Shown here piece after piece: positions 1 through 11,381 of a DNA stretch of 64,000 nt; the first letter of the stretch is position 1; the number at the start of each line of letters is the position of its first letter. Source of the DNA: Takakia lepidozioides (lineage: Eukaryota; Plantae; Bryophyta); assembly GCA_030704615.1 (NCBI GenBank), contig CM060733.1, positions 56,110,001 through 56,174,000 on the forward strand. The letters are read 5' to 3'. The notes beneath the pieces were generated by a model that was given only the letters and a program-made list of their open reading frames with translations, ran no database searches and had not been told where the DNA came from. The translations under genes and the position numbers were made by a program.

Positions 1-809
1 TATTGTCTCTCCATTCCACCAACGAGTGTAACCCTCTACCTCACGTGCATTCACAGCAAAATATGAGATAACACCCGGATGCTGGAACTTCACTGCCAAA
101 CACACGTCGTTATGTTGTCTCAACGTTTTTTCTGGGTTTTTGGACTTAGGTTTTTTTCCCGCTAGCTCCCAACGCTCCGATATTCTAGAATCGCCAACAA
201 TCCTATACTGACAGACCTTAGCATACCCTCCTTCTTTGTAAAGGCCAATCTCTACCACCTTCGCAGTAGAGTTCAGGTAATAAAAACCAGTTGTGCCTCC
301 CCCGCCCGATGACTCCGTCTTCCAAGGGACAACCCTAATCTGGCAATGTGAATTCTGACTTGCCGAGCAAGCCCAATACTCAACACGTCGCATTAATTCT
401 GCTTTGGCGGAGGGCACTTGACCCTCGGTTGTTCTACCCTTCCATGTCTTCATTAGCTGCCTCAAATTCCACGTGGTGTCTTTCGCCCTGCTTTGGATCC
501 ACCGATTGAACTTCGGCTTGTCCCTGTCCGCCGTCCACTTAGCCCCTGCCAAATCGTTTGTCATTTTCCTCTCCATATTTTGCTGAAAAATCTGAAACCC
601 CTCCCATCCATGCCTGACATAAGCACTTTCCACCCTCATCATGTCCCTATCCTTGAAATAATCCACTACCACTTTTTCATCTTATCCAAGGCATCCGGTC
701 CCGGGTAGTCTGACTTGTTGACCTGACTATCCCGCTCGTGGGCACGTTTTCTCTTCCTCCACCCCCCAGACGACCCCGCCCCAAAACTTGAATTCACAAC
801 CCCCGACAT
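1..809 (-). pseudogene. Divergent Ser/Thr protein kinase, copy A (N-terminal half; runs off the window start; one apparent frameshift near 670)
   Basis: My translation of the minus strand gives MSGVVNSS...KRKRAHERDSQ. A second frame, open to base 1, reads AYVRHGWEGF...TWNLRQ...KEGGYAKV (Gly-loop)...WELAGKKP (VAIK-like)...HPGVISYF...EGYTRWWNG. It is colinear with the kinase at 3665-5176. TATATAA lies upstream at 1109-1115 (minus). Confidence 0.7.
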
Positions 810-1419
810 TGTATAAACATTGCCCACTACAGGGTCCAAAACCTCAGAAAACGGCAATGAACTTCGTAGTTTTCTGCAAAAAAAACATGTCATCGGAGAT
901 CCAAAAACGGCAAAATGGTGATACAATGATTGAACCGTGAACAAGTGTGTGGGATTGACCAATAGACCGACAAAACCTCCCCCCCCAAATAATCACCATT
1001 GCACCTCCCGTTGGCAGTGCCAAGCAACGAAGTCCGAAAGGACTACATGATGCCAAGGAACCGCACCACGAGAGGAGCAAAAGTGATCAAAAAATGAGGG
1101 GGGATGGTTTATATAGGTGCCCACCCCCTCTCCCCCACAAAAAAAATAAAATGGCATTATGCTTGAAAAGGCGCGACAGGCCAGTGGCGCCTCGCCACGT
1201 GTCAGCGTGACGCGACTGGCCAGTCGCACCTCGCCACGCGCACCCACATGGGAGAGGTCAAGGGTTCAAAACCACCTCCCCCCATCCGATTTGTTTCGTT
1301 TTTCCTGACCCGTGGCACCTCGCCACGTGGCTGGCCAGACGCCGCTTCATGATTAAAAAAATTAAAAACAAAACATCACACGGCGGGGTCCCTGGATTTC
1401 TAAGAAAAAAAAAAAACAC

Positions 1420-2204
1420 GCGACCGCCGCATGGCGGTCGCTATATTTATAAAAACAAGAAGAGCGACCGCCACATGGCGGTTTTGCTTTTAAAAAAATT
1501 AAATTAAATAAGCGACCGCCTACTGGCGGTCGCTTAATTCAAGATTCAAAATATAAATAACGACCGACCGCCGCTAAATGGCGGTCGCTTCATTTCAAAA
1601 AATATATTAAGTAAGCGACCGCCAACGGCAGTCGCTTAATTTAAGAATCAAAATAAAATCAAGCGACTGCCTCCAAATGGCGGTCGCTTCATTTAAAAAA
1701 AATATATTAAGTAAGCGACCGCCAACGGCGGTCGCTTAATTTAAAGAAAAAAAAAAAATCAAGCGACCGCCTCCAAATGGCGGTCGCTGTATTCTTTATT
1801 AACAAAAGTAGCGACGGCTGCCAAATGGCAGTCGCTGTATTTTTCAAAAATTAACTGAAGAAACGACCGCCGTTTAACGGCGGTCGCTTTTATTTAAGAA
1901 TAAAAATAAAAATAAGCTAAATGGCGGTCGCCAAATTTAAAATATATATATAGCGACCGCCACATGGCGGTCGCTGTATTTTTACAGATTATATCAAAGA
2001 TATAATAATAATAATATAATAAAGTTCGTGCGACCGCCAATCTGGGCGGTCGCTTCATTTAAAACATAATAAACTTCAACCAACCGCCAATGTAGGCGGT
2101 CGCTTATTTTAAAATATAATAAAATACAAGCGACCGCCAATATGGGCAGTCGCTTTTATTTTAAAAATAATAAATTATATGCGGCCACCAATATAGGCGG
2201 ACAC
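1420..2204. repeat. Array of ~16 GC-rich hairpins GCGACCGCC-N(3-7)-GGCGGTCGC separated by A/T-rich spacers, ~50-bp period
   Basis: Units read directly at ~1420, 1463, 1512, 1565, 1615, 1663, 1715, 1763, 1811, 1864, 1953, 2030, 2083, 2130 and 2181, plus a half-unit near 1920. Confidence 0.95.
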
Positions 2205-2381
2205 ATTTTTTTTAAAGAATTAATAAATATTAATAATTGGCCATGTCTGTTTTATACCGTGGCTGCCATGCCATTACAAAGGGTAGAAGTAAAATCGTAA
2301 AAGTCAAATGTAAAAAAAATTACACGGATAAACGTCCGGATTTGACGTGACGTGACGTGACGCACGTCGGACATGACGGCC

Positions 2382-2622
2382 GACGTGACGGCGCCACGTC
2401 ACGTCAGGAATGATAACTAGGGTGCTCATCTAGGTGACGACTTGTACTGAATGAAGCACGCGCGCTCGCGCGTTCGCGCGTGTTTCTTCAAACCATTCCC
2501 TTGCTGAAAGTGGTTATTGGCCTCGCTCCAAGTCCTAACTAAACCATGCTCCGCAATACTATCACTGAAATCCTAGTTGCAAATTTGGACGTGACGTGGC
2601 ATTGACGCGTCAGCGTCACGTC
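2382..2622. mobile_element. Two facing putative element termini (GACGTGACG hairpin + 11 nt + CTAG), Helitron-3'-end-like
   Basis: Plus strand: stem 2382-2390/2397-2405, an 11-nt spacer, then CTAG at 2417-2420. Minus strand: stem 2614-2622/2588-2596, an 11-nt spacer, then CTAG at 2573-2576. Both are followed by G rather than the canonical T. Confidence 0.45.
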
Positions 2623-2812
2623 CGACGTCAGCGACGGATGTGCGTCACGTTACGTCCTAAACCGACGTTACTATATATAAATATGTTTATTTTTTTACTT
2701 TACTATTGATTATTTACTATAAGAACCGACGTGACAACCGATGTGACCTCATTACGTGGACTTCATTATTTATTTGTAAAATTCATATATTATGATTTAT
2801 ATTATCAATTAT

Positions 2813-3342
2813 GCGACCGTCAGCAAAAATTGGTCGGACAATTTAAAAAATAATAAAAAAATGTGCGACCACCAGAAAAGGTTGGTCGCACATTTTTTCT
2901 TATTTTTTAAATGGGTGCGACCACCAGCAGGTGGTGGTCGCAGCATTTTCAATTTTTTTAATAGGTGCGACCACAGACAGAAGATGGTCCCACATTTAAA
3001 AAAGAAAAAAATTTGGGTGTGACCATCAACAAGTGGTGGTCGCAACTTTTTCATTTTTTTTAAATAGGTGCGACCACCAGCAGGGGATGGTCGCACATTT
3101 TTAATTATTTTTTAAATGGGTGCGACCACCAGCCGGTGGTGGTCGCAGACTTTTTCTTTTTTGTTATTAGGTGCGACCGCTTATGGGGGGTCGCACATTT
3201 TCGTTTTGTTTTAAGAAAGGTGCGACCACCAGCAAGAGGGGGTCGCAACACTTTTTTTGTTTTGTTATTAGCTGCGACCACTCATAGGTGCGACCGCTCC
3301 CGGGACACGTGGCGAGGCGTGAATGGGTAGCAGAGGCGGTCG
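2813..3342. repeat. Second hairpin array, GCGACCACC-N(~7)-GGTGGTCGC, ~10 units, ~51-bp period, T-rich spacers (mirror of 1420-2204)
   Basis: Units at ~2813, 2865, 2917, 2967, 3020, 3070, 3122, 3173, 3222 and 3274. Confidence 0.9.
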
Positions 3343-3664
3343 CGCGTCAGGCCTCTCTGGGCAATATATAAGGGTCTACCCCTCATTCCCAACCCATTTT
3401 TTTCCCTCTCTATGAGTGCAGTTCTGGGGCTTCTTGGAGTTTGAACTTCAGTGGCAATGACTGAGTGTGGGGGAGGGGTCGAGAAAGTGGATTTGTGTGG
3501 GGGAAGAGTTTTTCCTTTTTTTTCCTGGGACTGTGGTAGAGTTTGCTTTGGATACTATACCAATAGATGGTGAGAAAATTGGTCTGCTAGTATATAAGGT
3601 TATCAATAGTCTGGGTTTAGTTTTCCGTTTCGAAGCCACGTCTATTCCGCAGAGTACTTTCATC

Positions 3665-5176
3665 ATGTCCGGAAACGTTGCTTCGAACGCAGTGTTAGGG
3701 GGTTCCTCGGGAAGTGGGCGTAAAGGTATGAAGCGTAAACATGCACATGAACGGGATAGTCAGCCTTCAAGTCAACAAAAAAAACTATACAAGCGCAGAG
3801 GCCGCGAAGGTGGTGAAGCAAATAGTGCTGGATTATTTGAAGGAAATGACATAATGCGTTGAATCTTTTGTATGTCCGACATGGGAATGAGGGATTCCTT
3901 AGATTCCAGCACAATATGGAGATGAGAATGAGGGAGGCTTTGGCCGGGGATGAATGGGAGGAGGACAGGGCAAAGTTCCAGTTCACGAAATGGATGGAGG
4001 ACCGGGCCCATGATGCCACATGGAATCTGAGGCAAACCATAGACAAGTTTGTTACGAGAACACCTATAGCTGAAGGTCGCATGCCAACTTCGGAGGAGGA
4101 GATGTTTGTGCTTGTGGATTGGTGGTCTGACATGGCAAAGGCCCACGCCAAACGACGTACGAAACCACTCCCATGGAAGGCAGGGTCATCGTCCGCGGAT
4201 GCGACATTGAACGTGAGATACATATCCACAAACGCACAGGTACAACAACTCGACCAGTCCAAATAGGGAGGGTATGATACAATTCGGAGGGTTAGAATTG
4301 TTGGGGATCAATTCATTCCTCCATCTTGGGAGCTAGCAGGGAAAACGCCCAGGGAAACAAAGCTGAGCTTGCAAAGTCCAACATAACAATGAGGCGTTGG
4401 CTATAAAGTTCCATCATTTCGGCATCATAAAGTATTTTGCATTGCATCCACGTCAAAATGAAGGTTACACACATTGGTGGAATGGGGGGACCATACGATC
4501 ATGGTTAAGTATTGACAGGAAATGGGGGAATGATCGGGATAACAGAGAGTTAATGGAACGACGGAGGACGGAGTAGGAAATGCAGGACGTCAACCGACTG
4601 GTTCGATTCCGACAGAATCGCACCCAATTGGTATGGGTGTTTTTGCACATCATGCTGAACGTCTATAATCACCACCTCTTACACAACGACATGTCCCCCG
4701 ACAACATCTTGTTGCATTTTCCACAAGGGTCTGAAAATGTGTACATCGGGGTATGCGATTGGGGAATGGCCTCCACAACGGATGACCCAAAAACCACGTT
4801 GTATATTTTCGAGAGCAGAGACAAGAGATAAAAGACTCTCGCACATAGATGGTGGATTGCACCTGAAATTGCAATTGTTCATAATGTAGCCAACAACCAG
4901 TCAGATGACACACCTCGTTGGACCCCTCTAACCGTGCCATCAGAGACCTTTGCAATTGGGAAGATAGCCCAGGCAATAAATGGGGGTAACACGTTCGATG
5001 CAAGCCTGTTCAAGGATATGTCTACTGGAACCTGTTTTGCTTCGGCTCTAGAAAACTTGTGTGTAGACACAGTATAGTTGCGGTACAAACTAGAAAATGT
5101 TGTGAAGCATTTCATGACGGGGCTATTCAATTGGTCTGAGCCCAAAAGTTGTTGGAGGATGGATAGAAACTTGTAG
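3665..5176 (+). pseudogene. Divergent Ser/Thr protein kinase, copy B, with stops and frameshifts
   Basis: ORF pieces 3467-3862, 3859-4266 and 4580-4831 plus the intervening frames give *GGYDTI (Gly-loop), WELAGK, HNDMSPDNILL (catalytic loop), GVCDWG (DFG equivalent), RWWIAPE and ETFAIGKIA. TATATAA lies at 3365-3371. Confidence 0.8.
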
Positions 5177-5329
5177 ACCTCTGACTGTACATCATGTTTG
5201 AATAAATGTTGTTTTCAATTGTGTTTGTCTCGTATCATAATGTTTTAATGGTTTGTTACTTGGCCATGGCACCTGGGTCCATCATATGAGATAATCAAGC
5301 ACCACACCCACGAATCTTGAAGAGTGACA

Positions 5330-7400
5330 GTGTACACGGGTCAATGGGTGAACCAATCGTTCCCCTGCCAAATGATTTTAGATTGATTTGAAACTTTGGG
5401 AGTGTCTTGTACATGCCCTCTTTAAGTTACCAGACAAGTATGAGGTCAATATAAAATGGTTCTAAGGGTGAACCAATAGTTCCCTATTAAATGATTCGTG
5501 TGAATTGAAAATTGGTTGAAAGATTTAACGAGTCGTTCGGGGGGCAAATGATTAATTCTTCGCTTGCAATTTTGTGTACGTGATTTGTACGTACTTAAGC
5601 ACATATGGACCAAAGTTGAACTTCAACAAAGTTGTTTGAAATGGGTTATTCAAATTCATAAGGAGAAACAACCTTTCGTCTGCACATGAATTGTTTTTAA
5701 ATCCATTCTGAAGCCATATGCTTGATAACAACATGAAGAGTTGCATGCAAAATATCCATGAACAGACATCGTCTGCATCCAAAACACATTTTATTTCCTC
5801 ATTTGAACTCCAAAGGTAAGTTATCTTCAACTCATGCACTTCATAGAGAGTTCTACAATAGTGAGCATAAAACAAAGGATGAACGTTTTTTTCCAAACAT
5901 TTTTTTTGGGTACATTTTTTGGCAAGGATGTGGTGGTGTGAGGGTTTCACTCACAGAACAAAATCAAGCCAAAAAAAAAATCATGCGCCCCACAATCCTA
6001 TGCCCTCTAAATCATTTTTATTTAGTAAAAATCCAGTTCAATTCAAAATTGGATGAAAGGGTGAATGGAAACTTCCCGATGATGAATGAAATGATTTTAT
6101 TGCTCCGAAACTTTGCAAGTGTCTTCTACATGCCCTCTTACACGTCTTTGAGAAGTATGACATCAATCTAAAATGGTTTAAAGGGTGAACCAATCGTCCC
6201 CCTACCAAATGATTTTAAATTGATTTGAAACTTTGCAAGTGTCTTGTACATGCCTCTTACAAGTCTTTCATAAGTTTCAAGTCAATCTAAAATGGTTGAA
6301 AGGGTGAATCAATCATGAACATATCAAATGATTTTGGAGTGCTTTCAAGCTTTACAAGTGTCTTTCACATGCCATTTTAAAGGTACCGGACAAGTATAAG
6401 GTTAGTAAAATATGGTTGAAAGGTTGAACCAATTGTTCCCCTATCAAATGATTTTACATTGCTTTGAAGCTTTGCAAGTGTCAGCCACATGCCCTCCTAC
6501 AAGTACCGGACAAGTATGCCGTGAATAAAAAATGGTTGAAAATGTGAACCAATCATTCCGCTATCAAATGATTTTATATTGCTTTGGATGTCATTGCTTT
6601 GGTAATTCTAGCCCCCCAATGGCCCATTGTAACCTTTGAATTACAATTCAAAATGCAATTCAAGCCCTTAAAATTGGTAATGCCAGTCCCTAAAATGACC
6701 AACCCCGGCCGCCCCTCAAATTGTAATTTGAGCCCTTGAAATTGTCAATTCCAACCCCTCAAATTGCACTTCTAGTTCCTTAAATGGCAATTCCCGCCCC
6801 TCAAATTGCAACTGTAGCCTGTGAAATGGCAATTGCTATGGCAGCCCCTGAAATTGGCAATTTCAGCCCTCGAATGGCAATTTCAGCCCCTAAAATTGGC
6901 TATGGGTGAACCAATTATTCCCCTGCCCAATGATTTTGGATTCATTTGAAACTTTGCAAGTGTCTGGTACATGCCCTCTTAAACTTACTGGACAAGTATG
7001 ATGTCAATGTTAAATGGTTCAAAGGGTGAACCAACAGTTCCCCTATTGGATGATTCATGATTAATCGTTAACGATTGATTTCATATTACACTGGGACCTA
7101 TCAGAGGGTACATTGAACACACTGGCCAAGTTTCAAAGCGAACGAAAATCATTTGGATGGGCAACCATCCGTCGGCCCATTAAACAAATTTCGGTTGATC
7201 TCATATTACTCTGGGGCCTCTTCCATGGTACATTGAACATACTGGCCAAGTCTCGAAGCGAACCAAAATCATTTCGATGGCCAACCATCCGTTGAGTCCG
7301 GGACCTGTGAGAGGGTGTCTCGAACATACTGGCAAAGTTTGGAAGCAAACAAAAATGATTTGGATGGGCAACCATCCGTTCACCCATTGAATGTATTCTG
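5330..7400. repeat. Degenerate ~120-bp repeat family in direct (5330-5500, 6060-6590, 6900-7050) and inverted (7100-7400) copies, probably TE-derived
   Basis: GGGTGAACCAATC...AAATGATTTT...GAAACTTTGCAAGTGTC recurs at 120-bp spacing. Reverse-complement-like units start near 7110, 7230 and 7320. 5790-5990 is also duplicated at about 7570-7760. Confidence 0.8.
6605..6900. repeat. ~22-bp minisatellite (GCCCCTNAAATTGGCAATTTCA-like)
   Basis: About a dozen degenerate tandem units are visible. Confidence 0.8.
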
Positions 7401-7932
7401 TTGCATCTGCTATTACTTTGGGACCTGTTGGACTGCGTTTCGCATGCTCATGTTTTTTTTTTTCAATCCGTTTTTGAATGGGGCGTGTAATGACTCCATA
7501 TGCAACGTGCGTGCCAAATTTGGGAGCAATCAAAATTCATTTGGACCCAAAACCACAGTTTCTTGCCCGTTTTGCACTCCAAACTTGATTTGTGCTCTAC
7601 TTCATGCATTCTTCATAGAGAATTCTGCAATAGTGAGCGAAGAGAACATTTTTTCTTGGGGGCATTTTTGATTGGTCCAAATTTTTGCGGGGGAGTAGCA
7701 GTGGGATGCATGAAGCCGCAAAACAAAATTGAGCCAAAAACAAAATCGATACGTGCTAGAAACCTTCAATGAAAGGCAGTGCAAACCTATTTATTGGCTT
7801 ATAATTAGTTTAAATTCAATTACATTATGGAATGGCTTGGTGTCGATGGGGAGGCAAATGATTTATTCGTCTGTTGTGTCTCCGCATACGTGTCGCACAC
7901 ATGTTCAAGCACATGCGGGCAAAAGAGGGGCT

Positions 7933-8706
7933 TCAACCACATCCGTTCAATGGGTGCAATAGTCGTGCACGCATTGCAGGATTTCGATTAGTAACAGAAC
8001 TCCAACCGTCCGCACATATAGTACTTCCATATTTCCGGAGAGAATCACCTGTCTTTTCATTCACCTTTTGGGTGAGGTCCGACATAGCCACTTCTAGCAA
8101 TCCTGTGCGGAGATCGCGATAACTCGGAGGTGTGTATGTGGACTTGGAATCGGACGTGGCTTTGACAGCAGCCACAAACGCAGGAAGCCTCAAGACATTA
8201 AACGGAATATTGGCCTCGTAGAAAAATTGGGCCCACTTCTTATTCGGAGTCCTCATATGCGACAAATTTAAGCCTTCTTGCATTGATTGTTGCCTCAATG
8301 GTCTGGTCCGTACAAGTGCTGGTGTACAATCGGGTGTTGCTCCTGACCCACCGGCTTCTCCACGAGTAGCAGACGCCTCGCAAGAATCCCCCTGGGTACA
8401 ACTCTGAGGGACATTTTGATTCAAACCTGAAGTGTTTGGCTCAGAAGTCGCGGCCACATCAAGAGACAGTATGATATTGCCTCCACATTGGGCAAAGTGG
8501 GCTTTCACTCGCATGAAGACTTTTGGGCACAAACTAACCCCTGCATTCTTCCCATCTCTGTAGCCGAGATGATATAACATGCAATCTTTGCGACCCGCCA
8601 GCTTCACTACACAAAGATTGCATTGAACACCGTCCTTTTTGTGCGGATCTACGGTGAACCAAGGGATCCACTCCTCCCTCATCCTCACACCCAAAACCCT
8701 AACCAC
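7933..8706 (-). mobile_element. Truncated hAT-superfamily transposase fragment (BED zinc finger + DUF659-type start of the catalytic domain)
   Basis: VQCNLC...LYHLG...LC is BED-like. WAQFFYEANIPFN...TYTPPSYRDLRTGLL...GSTICADGWS is the typical plant hAT/DUF659 segment. Homology appears to stop near 7985. Confidence 0.85.
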
Positions 8707-8734
8707 AGACTTAAGGTTGAATGAAGAACACTAG

Positions 8735-8945
8735 TGTTGGTAGATTTGTCAAGAGCAATAGAAGTTAGAACATGCGCATATATATCGCTACACAACTACA
8801 TCGCTATCCAAAACCACACAACATATGTGCACGCCACACACTAGTATATCACTAGTCCAACCACTGGGCTACAACTAGTCAGTCACTAGGCTGCCACTAT
8901 GCTGCCCACTATGGCAGTCACTACTCCACACAATCGCCCCCCTAG
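8735..8945 (-). repeat. Putative ~198-bp 3' LTR (8735-8932, TG...CA) with adjacent polypurine tract
   Basis: The minus strand reads AGGGGGGCGAT (PPT-like, ~8933-8943) directly followed by TGTGTGG...CCAACA. No second copy is present in the window. Confidence 0.6.
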
Positions 8946-9207
8946 CTGGTGCTTAGGTCCCTCTAAGTCCAGGTAGCCACAAGATGTGATAGTGACCATA
9001 GCCTTACTAAGTCCTCCACCACTATCCCTACTACACTATCCCTACTACACTCAAACTCGATAGATCAAAGAGGTCGGGTGCAAGAGTTGCCCCATCGTTA
9101 GTCGCCATCTTGCAACCTGTAAACTTGAGCTTGGGATCTCATGTATTGACTCCTATGAGCTTGGCCTCCCATGTCTTGTTAGCTGCCTCCAGTCATGTCC
9201 ACTGCCA

Positions 9208-9627
9208 CTATCCCAAGCAGTGTGGACACAACCAATCTCCGTCATGAACCTTCTCAAGAGGTGGTGTCAAGCATCCCATATGCCAACCCCTTGAGCATCG
9301 ATTACACACCAGCATGGTGGCTGCCCCTTTGGCAGACCCACAGAGCATGCACCTCAAACCTGCAGGTACCACTGCCAAGTTTGGGTCAATTCTGCCATCG
9401 ACATTGGGAAGGTGACATGGCGCACAATTACGCACATGGTCCTTCCAAGTCATGCCATCCCGACCTTCCAAGATCAAGACCCCTGAGGGCAACACCTCTC
9501 GAACCCTCAGAATAACACGCCCTGCAGTAACATCCAGAGTCGTAGGAGCAGTCTGCTGCAAATAAACATAGTCACCAGGGCTAAATTTCCGAACCCCAGG
9601 ACGATATCCTCCACCACATAGTGGCAT
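9208..9627 (-). CDS. Integrase C-terminal extension: SH3/GPY-F-like segment + PHD finger (frameshifted from the integrase ORF)
   Basis: FSPGDYVYL segment, then CMLC...LVCNRC...WHMGCLTPPL...GDWLCPHC, a complete C4HC3 PHD. Confidence 0.9.
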   Translation of the reverse strand: MPLCGGGYRPGVRKFSPGDYVYLQQTAPTTLDVTAGRVILRVREVLPSGVLILEGRDGMTWKDHVRNCAPCHLPNVDGRIDPNLAVVPAGLRCMLCGSAKGAATMLVCNRCSRGWHMGCLTPPLEKVHDGDWLCPHCLG

Positions 9628-11381
9628 ACCTCAACATATCACGGTGTTGTGCAATGGCAAGGTTCTCAAAAGCCATGGGCATGACTTTCTTGAACAACTC
9701 TGCACGCTGATCACATGCACGTACCCACACGTCCGGATCGTCAAGGTTAAGGACTTGAGCAGTGTCCCTACGAATGGCTGCAGGCAAATCCGGCTCTCGG
9801 CCAAAGAGAAGGAAATATGGTGAGAAGGAGGCAAGTGATGCTTGTTTGCTGAACCTGTAGCCCATGGCTAACCAAGGAACCTGAAGATCCCAGTGTCCTA
9901 GGTGTCCCTTCTGCAAGCCATACTTGCGCAAACCCCTCTTCACCGTCTGAACAACTCTCTCTGCCAAGCCATCGGCCTCAGGATGATCCCGAGAAGTGGT
10001 GCGGTGGTCTATCAAGGCTTTATCACACAAAGCTTGAAACTCCCCCAAGAACTCTCTCCTTTGGTCCGTGAGTACCTCAGCTGGAGCACCAAATCGGCTA
10101 AGCACACGATCCAAGAATGCATACGCAGCCCCCTCACCAGCCTTGTCAGGCAATGGAACCAACTCAATCCACTTGGAGAAGTGCTCCACCATCACCAACA
10201 CATATCTGTGGTGGCGCATAGTCAGTGGCAACGGTCCTACGAAGTCAAGACTCCACCTGTAGCCCAATCCCATGATTGGTAAAGGATGCAACTGTGGTGT
10301 AGGGGCGTTGAATGAAGCACGCACCCTGTCACACACCATGTACCTAGCCACGAACTGTTGCACCTCTGTATGCATACCACGCCACCAATACTGCCCCTGC
10401 AGTAAACTGTGAGTGCGTCGCACTCCAAAATGCCCCAACTCCTCATTGGCATGCCGCACTAACCGTGCACGCTGTGTGGGGTGAGGCACAATCCTCACCC
10501 GACCATCCTCCCACACTCGAAGCAGGTGTATCCCCTCCCACTTGAACCTCTTGGCTCGTTGCAGGATCTGATCCCTCTCCCTGGCAGCCACAGTGGCTGC
10601 CGTGTCTCCCGTGTGGAGGTAGTCCAACACAGCCAAATCCTCATGTATATCTCTGGCACCACCTGGCTCATCACTAGCCTCAGGGTCCTCAGACACTCCG
10701 TCTACAATTATCCCTGTTGTAGGTCCAACCTGACCTCCCGATGCCAAGATACACAAAAATGCAGATGCGTGCCATCCCGGCACCATCTCCTCGTCCGTCT
10801 CACCATGCCACCGAGCTCTAGTGTCATCCTGCTGGCTCGTGCATGGATTGCGACTCAATCCATCCGCATCCCAATTGACCAAACCCGGTCGATGCACAAC
10901 CTGAAAGTCATACTCCTGGAGTATGAGTGCCCACTGTGCAAGCTTCCCCGTAAGCTTATCTGACTCCATCAACCACTTAAGTGGCTGGTGATCCGTGACA
11001 AGGGTGAAAAGATTGCCATATAGATAGCACCTGAAGTGTGTCACGGCCCATACTGCAGCTAAGCACTCTCCCTCATATGAGCTGTACTTCGCCTCTGCAG
11101 CGTTGTTCGAGCGGCTAGCATAAGCCACTACAAACTCTCTTCCCTCATCATCCACCTGTGTGAGCACTGCTCCAAGCCCCAGCATGCTCCAATCCGTATG
11201 CAGCTGAAAGGGACGCCCCCTGACAGGTCGTCTCAGGATAGGCGCCGAGGTCAACCTCGCCTTGAGCTCTTGAAAAGTTCGTTCCTGCTCATCTTCCCAC
11301 TGCCACTCCTGGTCCACCTTGGTTAGCTTGGTTAGAGCCTTTGCAATGGCACTAAATCCCTTGACAAACCGTCTATAATAG
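9581..11381 (-). CDS. pol: Gypsy pol: RT connection, RNase H and DDE integrase
   Basis: RNase H: LHTDWS...YEGECLA...TDHQPL...DADGLSR. Degenerate HHCC: GHFG...YWWRGM. DDE: WSLDFVG / VLTDQ / DGLAER. Confidence 0.95.

Noticed and set aside
1420-3342. CRISPR-like appearance of palindromic repeats with spacers
   Set aside because: Eukaryotic context with no cas genes. The spacers are low-complexity A/T tracts that resemble each other, and the loops vary.
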